Source: Candidatus Latescibacterota bacterium
GTDB lineage: Bacteria; Latescibacterota; CBDEFO01
DNA: 64,000 nt
Assembly (NCBI GenBank): GCA_965248755.1
Contig: OZ252149.1
Coordinates: forward strand, 2,016,001-2,080,000
Direction: 5' to 3'
In this document: positions 59,031 to 64,000 of the stretch, piece by piece
Layout: each line of letters opens with the position of its first letter
How positions within the stretch are numbered: position 1 is the stretch's first letter
Notes under the pieces: model-generated
What the model saw: the letters and a program-made list of their open reading frames with translations, nothing else
Told to the model about the DNA's origin: nothing
Databases searched by the model: none
Position numbers and translations under genes: made by a program

Positions 59031-61262
59031 TTGTTAGAGCATTTAGAAGGAACAATAGAGCGGATAACGTACCAGAACGAAGAGACAGGGTACGTGATCG
59101 CCAAGCTTGAGCCCAAAGGTGATCCCCAACTAAAGCGCAGGCGCAGTGCCCCATCGCAGAGATTCTGGGGGCAGAACAAGAGCGCTCTAAATCTGGTCAC
59201 GATAGTCGGCGAAATGGCCTCAGTAAATCCGGGCGAGAACGTGACCGTAGAAGGCTACTGGACCACTCACCCCGAGTACGGCCACCAGTTCAAAATTGAA
59301 TCTTACAAAATAGTCCATCCTTCGACCGTAGAGGGTTTAAGGAAATATTTGGGCTCAGGGCTCATCAAGGGAATAGGACCTGTTACCGCCAGTAGAATCG
59401 TGGATCATTTCGGTCTGGAAACTTTAGAAGTTATCGAAAACGATCCCGAACGTCTATCAGAGGCTCCCGGTGTAGGTGAAAAAAGAGTCAAGATGATAGG
59501 AAAGGCATGGCAGGAGCAGAGGAAAGTAAAGGATGTGATGCTGTTCCTTCAATCTCACGACGTCAGCACAGGATATGCGACCAAGATTTACAAACAGTAC
59601 GGAGACAATGCCATAAACGTAGTAAAGAATAATCCGTATCAACTGGAAAGAGATATATGGGGCATAGGTTTCCTGACGGCCGACAGGATAGCCAGGAGCA
59701 TAGGGATAGAGAACGACTCCATCGAGAGAATAAGGGCAGGGATAAGGTATGCGCTCAATAAGCTCTCCGAGGAGGGACACATCTATGCGCCGTCCTTGGA
59801 ACTTGTGGAGAAGGCTGTGGAGTTTCTGGAGGTGACGGCGGAGCTCGTATCTGAGGCTTTAGGGGTGATGGAGCAGGAAAAAGAGATTGTAGTTGAGGGT
59901 GGGAGAGTCTTTTTGCCCCCTTTATATTACGCTGAGGTGGGAATTGCTAATAACCTAAAGCGCCTAATGCTCTCCCCGCTCTTCGGGAGGAATTTCGACG
60001 CCCAGAAAGAGATAGAACACATAGAAAAAAGGAGCAGCATAAGATTCTCCAAAAGGCAAACAGTTGCGATTCAAACCTCCGTTACGGATAAGGTGATGGT
60101 CCTAACAGGGGGGCCAGGGACAGGAAAGACGACTATCACCAGGGGGATAATAGATGTCTTTGAATCCAACGGGCTGAGAGTTATGCTGTGCGCTCCTACA
60201 GGGAGAGCGGCCAAAAGGCTCTCTGAGGCCACCGGAAGGAGAGCACAAACCGTTCACAGACTCCTGGGATTCAAGCCGGGTGAAGGTGCTTTCCAAAGGG
60301 ACAGGGAAAACCCCCTTGATCTGGATGTCCTTATTGTTGATGAGATGTCAATGGTGGATGCGCCCTTGATGAACAGCCTCGTGCGGGCACTGCCTCACCA
60401 GGCCAGGCTTATCCTTGTGGGAGACGCCGATCAACTGCCCTCGGTAGGGGCTGGAAATGTGCTGAGAGACATAATAGATTCAGGAGAAATTCCAATTGTC
60501 GAGCTATATGAGATATTCCGCCAGGAAAGAGGAAGTTTGATCGTTACGAACGCTCATAAGATAAATAGCGGAGAATTTCCGTATATCAATAACAAAGATT
60601 CCAGGGATTTCTTCTTCTTAGAGGAGGAGGACACGGAGTCCATCCCGGGCATAATCGAGGATCTCTGCAAAAGGAGGATCCCAAAGAGGACGGGCCTTGA
60701 CCCTATAGACGACATCCAGATCATCTGTCCTATGTACAAGGGAGAGACAGGTGTCACAAATCTAAACAGCAGGCTTCAGGAGGCTCTAAATCCGATTCCA
60801 GAGATGCCAAAGAAGCCTGTTGATACCCTGAGAATCAGAAGAGGAAACACGGAGTACAGGGTCAAAGATAAGGTGATGCAGATAAGGAATAACTACAGCA
60901 AGATGGTATTCAACGGAGACATAGGGGCGGTAAAGACGATAAATTTGGAGGATCAGAGCCTCAGTGTCATGTTCGACAGACTCGTGGAGTACGACTTCCG
61001 AGAATTAGATGAGTTAATATTAGCGTACGCCGTCTCTGTGCACAAATATCAGGGCAGTGAGTGCAGGGCAATGGTTATGCCTTTGACGACCCAGCACTAT
61101 ATGATGCTTCAGAGGAATCTGCTGTACACAGCGGTAACAAGAGCCAGAGACATGGTAGTGCTTGTAGGAACGAAGAAGGCCCTGTGGATAGCCCTCAAGA
61201 ACGATAAAGTGGCAGAAAGATACACGTCGCTGGACGAAAGGTTGCGCGCTTTAGGATGTTAA
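59031..61262 (+). CDS. recD2: ATP-dependent RecD2-like DNA helicase
   Basis: YLGSGLIKGIGP, GIGFLTAD, GGPGTGKT, APTGRAAKR, VDEMSM, GDADQLPSVG and AYAVSVHKYQGSE motifs. Confidence 0.95.
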   Translation: MLEHLEGTIERITYQNEETGYVIAKLEPKGDPQLKRRRSAPSQRFWGQNKSALNLVTIVGEMASVNPGENVTVEGYWTTHPEYGHQFKIESYKIVHPSTVEGLRKYLGSGLIKGIGPVTASRIVDHFGLETLEVIENDPERLSEAPGVGEKRVKMIGKAWQEQRKVKDVMLFLQSHDVSTGYATKIYKQYGDNAINVVKNNPYQLERDIWGIGFLTADRIARSIGIENDSIERIRAGIRYALNKLSEEGHIYAPSLELVEKAVEFLEVTAELVSEALGVMEQEKEIVVEGGRVFLPPLYYAEVGIANNLKRLMLSPLFGRNFDAQKEIEHIEKRSSIRFSKRQTVAIQTSVTDKVMVLTGGPGTGKTTITRGIIDVFESNGLRVMLCAPTGRAAKRLSEATGRRAQTVHRLLGFKPGEGAFQRDRENPLDLDVLIVDEMSMVDAPLMNSLVRALPHQARLILVGDADQLPSVGAGNVLRDIIDSGEIPIVELYEIFRQERGSLIVTNAHKINSGEFPYINNKDSRDFFFLEEEDTESIPGIIEDLCKRRIPKRTGLDPIDDIQIICPMYKGETGVTNLNSRLQEALNPIPEMPKKPVDTLRIRRGNTEYRVKDKVMQIRNNYSKMVFNGDIGAVKTINLEDQSLSVMFDRLVEYDFRELDELILAYAVSVHKYQGSECRAMVMPLTTQHYMMLQRNLLYTAVTRARDMVVLVGTKKALWIALKNDKVAERYTSLDERLRALGC

Positions 61263-61284
61263 GAGAACTGAGAGGGGACAGAAC

Positions 61285-62226
61285 ATGAACCAGCAAGAAT
61301 GGACAGAATGCAGAATACAGAAGCTGATAGATAACCAAGTCACAGAAAGCATAAATCTTGAATATAAAGGCAGTGGTGCTTTAAGTAAATCGGATGGGAA
61401 AAAGAAAGAGATAAGCAAGGACGTTTCTGCATTTGCTAATTCAGCGGGAGGAACCATCATCTATGGAGTGAAGGAATATGATGAGGAAGACAAGAAGCAT
61501 CTTCCTGAAAAGATCGATGGCGGAGTAGATCCCTCAGAACTCTCAAGAGAGTGGCTTGAACAAGTAATCAACAGCAACATCCAGCCCGTAATTGACGGCC
61601 TGCTCATCCACCAAGTCGAGCTTGTAAAGCTTGTAAAGACCAATCCGGCTAATGTCGCCTACGTAGTAGAGATACCACAGAGCGAGAGAGCACCTCATCA
61701 AGCTTCGGACAAGAAATATTACAAACGGTACAACTTTCAATCTGTCCCGATGGAGGACTATGAAGTAAAGGATGTGATGAACCGGGTCAAAGTACCTGTA
61801 ATTGAACCTATATTCAGTCATCAGGCAGTTGAGAGAACATCAGACGCTCACACCTACGACTTACAGATATTCCTTAAGAACAAGGGAAAGATAATGGTGA
61901 GAAACTTCTATCTACAAGTCACGTTTCCGAGTTCTCTAATCAAATATATAAGTAATCTTGATTATAAATCATTACTTTTAGATGATCGTTATGATGAGCG
62001 TTATAGAGAGATCAGCATTAACAGTTATCGAGTCCTGTTTCCAGAAGAGAGATTCCACGTAACCGAGGGATTGCGGTATATACGGTATGAAGTGAACACA
62101 GAGAGTCATCACGAAATCTGTAAATATCCTGAACTTATGAAGTTAAAATGGGCACTGTATGCTGATAACATGCCACCGAAACGAGGGGAGATTCCTCTGA
62201 GTGATAGAAGGTTAAACGGGTTTTGA
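61285..62226 (+). CDS. Schlafen/AlbA_2 domain protein with C-terminal beta-rich (Ig-like) domain
   Basis: ESINLEYK, VSAFANSAGGTIIYGVKE, APHQA and YYKR motifs; C-terminal LQIFLKNKGKIMVRNFYLQVTFP. Confidence 0.85.
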   Translation: MNQQEWTECRIQKLIDNQVTESINLEYKGSGALSKSDGKKKEISKDVSAFANSAGGTIIYGVKEYDEEDKKHLPEKIDGGVDPSELSREWLEQVINSNIQPVIDGLLIHQVELVKLVKTNPANVAYVVEIPQSERAPHQASDKKYYKRYNFQSVPMEDYEVKDVMNRVKVPVIEPIFSHQAVERTSDAHTYDLQIFLKNKGKIMVRNFYLQVTFPSSLIKYISNLDYKSLLLDDRYDERYREISINSYRVLFPEERFHVTEGLRYIRYEVNTESHHEICKYPELMKLKWALYADNMPPKRGEIPLSDRRLNGF

Positions 62227-62337
62227 GAGATAGATAACAGAGAAGATGACAAAAGACCAAAGTGGTATTATTGAGGATTATCCTTCCCTGTCCCTTAAAT
62301 ACGATTATGGATATTATTCAGTTGAAAGACTAATAAG

Positions 62338-63483
62338 TTGAACCTAACCTCTAAAATAAAAAAACGCGCCGCAGACCTCGGCTTCGACCTTGTGGGCGTC
62401 TCCCGCGCTCTGCCACTTCCGGGAGGGGACTTCTACCAAGAGTGGCTGGAAAAGGGCTACGCAGGCAACATGGAATATATGGAGAGGAACGCGGAAAAAA
62501 GAAAAGATCCGGGGAATCTGATAGAGGGAGCCTTATCTGTTGTATCCGTGGGAATGAACTACTTCGTGAAGGACGACAACGCCCCCGAAGATGGAGGCAT
62601 CTACGGAAGGATAGCGATGTATGCGCTGGGAGATGACTATCACGATCATATCAAGAAAAAGCTCTTCGACCTTCTGGACTTTATAGAGGAGGAGTACAGC
62701 GGGGAGGTTAAAGGAAAGGCCTATGTGGATACCGGTCCCGTCCTGGAACGTGAAATAGGGAACCTTGCGGGGATAGGTTGGTACGGCAAAAACACGAATC
62801 TCATAAATAAAGAGATAGGATCGTGGCTCTTGCTGGGTGAGATAGTTTTGAATATTGAACTTGAGTACGACGAACCTGCTCTGGACCACTGCGGGACATG
62901 TACAGCGTGCCTCGATGTCTGTCCGACTGAGGCGCTGGTTGATCCTTACGTTCTGGACTCGACGCTGTGCATTTCCTATCTGACTATAGAGTTGAAAGGA
63001 CCGATCCCTCTCGAACTCAGGCCCCTTGTAGGAGACTATATATTCGGGTGTGACGACTGTCAGGATGTGTGCCCCTGGAACAGCAAAGCTGAAGAAACAG
63101 ATGAACCGGCATTTCAGCCGAGAGACGGCTTTTCTGCGCCCTCTCTTGTCTCCCTTATGGGAATGGACGATAAGGCGTTCAGGTCACGTTTTAAGGGCAG
63201 CCCGATCAAAAGGGCAAAAAGGAGGGGGTTTTTGAGAAACGTGGCTGTCGCTCTTGGAAATTCTGGGAAGAAGGAGGCTATCCCCGTTCTTGTAAAATCG
63301 CTGGGGGACGACGACCCGCTCATACGGGGTCACTCTGCGTGGGCGTTAGGTCAAATTGGGGGAGATGAGGCAAAGAACGCTATGGAACAGGTCTTGGAGG
63401 TAGAGAACGATGAGGTGGTAACAAAAGAATTAGAGTATGCCCTACACAGTCTTAAACTAATGGGAACGGGTCTGCATAAATAG
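62338..63483 (+). CDS. queG: tRNA epoxyqueuosine reductase
   Basis: GDDYH, VDTGPVLER, CGTCTACLDVCPT, CISYLTIE and GCDDCQDVCPWN motifs; HEAT-repeat tail. Confidence 0.96.
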   Translation: MNLTSKIKKRAADLGFDLVGVSRALPLPGGDFYQEWLEKGYAGNMEYMERNAEKRKDPGNLIEGALSVVSVGMNYFVKDDNAPEDGGIYGRIAMYALGDDYHDHIKKKLFDLLDFIEEEYSGEVKGKAYVDTGPVLEREIGNLAGIGWYGKNTNLINKEIGSWLLLGEIVLNIELEYDEPALDHCGTCTACLDVCPTEALVDPYVLDSTLCISYLTIELKGPIPLELRPLVGDYIFGCDDCQDVCPWNSKAEETDEPAFQPRDGFSAPSLVSLMGMDDKAFRSRFKGSPIKRAKRRGFLRNVAVALGNSGKKEAIPVLVKSLGDDDPLIRGHSAWALGQIGGDEAKNAMEQVLEVENDEVVTKELEYALHSLKLMGTGLHK

Positions 63484-63511
63484 CAACTTTTTTGGCACTG
63501 GAGGGTTTCAA

Positions 63512-63903
63512 ATGTCCAGCACAACCACGCAGAACGCAATTGAGTGCATCATTCCAATCCTGAGTGTCAAGGATATTTCAGACAGCATAGATTACTACGT
63601 AAAGGTGCTTGGCTTCAAGAATGAAGGTCTTATGGCGCAGACTCACCTACATTTTCAAGCGTATCACGTGACAGCTTTTCCATCTACCTATGCCAGGATG
63701 CCCAAGGCCAACGCGGGACATGGATCTGGATCGGCGTTGAGGATGCTGATGCACTCTTTGAGGAGTATAAGGCGCGGGGCGCTAAGATCCGACACGAACC
63801 GACAAACTATTCCTGGGCATATGAAATGAGAGTCGAGGATCCTGATGGTCACGTTCTGCGCATTGGTTCAGAACCAAAGGAAGGTGAGCCTTCCAAGGAC
63901 TGA
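63512..63903 (+). pseudogene. VOC/glyoxalase/bleomycin-resistance family protein with one frameshift near 63626
   Basis: IPILSVKDISDSIDYYVKVLGF, then in a shifted frame SYGADSPTFSSVSRD..WIWIGVEDADALFEEY..EMRVEDPDGHVLRIGS..*. Confidence 0.82.
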
Positions 63904-64000
63904 AATTGTCATGCAACTACGAGTGCCAACCCGCGGATGAACCAGCCGCGGTAATGGAGAACCAGTAACACAAGTAGACAGCGTACAGAAAGAAAGGATC

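Overview
Bacterial chromosomal segment. It is probably from an FCB-group candidate phylum such as Latescibacterota; this is inferred from T9SS-type C-terminal sorting domains, DUF6785-like membrane proteins, CRTAC1/FG-GAP proteins and EF-hand/dockerin-like tails. Housekeeping genes (ftsH, tilS, tRNA-Glu(CTC), glyA, hpt, purD, era, purQ, recD2, queG) are interleaved with accessory genes, pseudogenes and gene fragments. The accessory content includes an IS3-family element with a 4-bp target duplication, an IS481-like remnant, a TolC/MFP/RND efflux operon, an NtrC-type two-component pair, an NSAR/M20/GNAT amino-acid racemisation trio and large secreted propeller/cohesin/dockerin proteins. There is no CRISPR array, rRNA or reverse transcriptase. 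Four signals stand out. (1) A ~23-bp hairpin (CCCCGATAGATTCAATCGGGG) occurs at ten sites; it inserts into REP-like repeats, into itself, into a pre-tRNA leader and into coding ends. (2) Two decayed, inverted copies of a lambda-O-like replication initiator gene each carry 22-bp iterons. (3) A Schlafen/AlbA_2 protein has an Ig-like C-terminus. (4) Several exported metalloprotein folds have swapped metal ligands. Several single-base frameshifts may be assembly errors. All family calls come from motif recognition by eye, not database searches.
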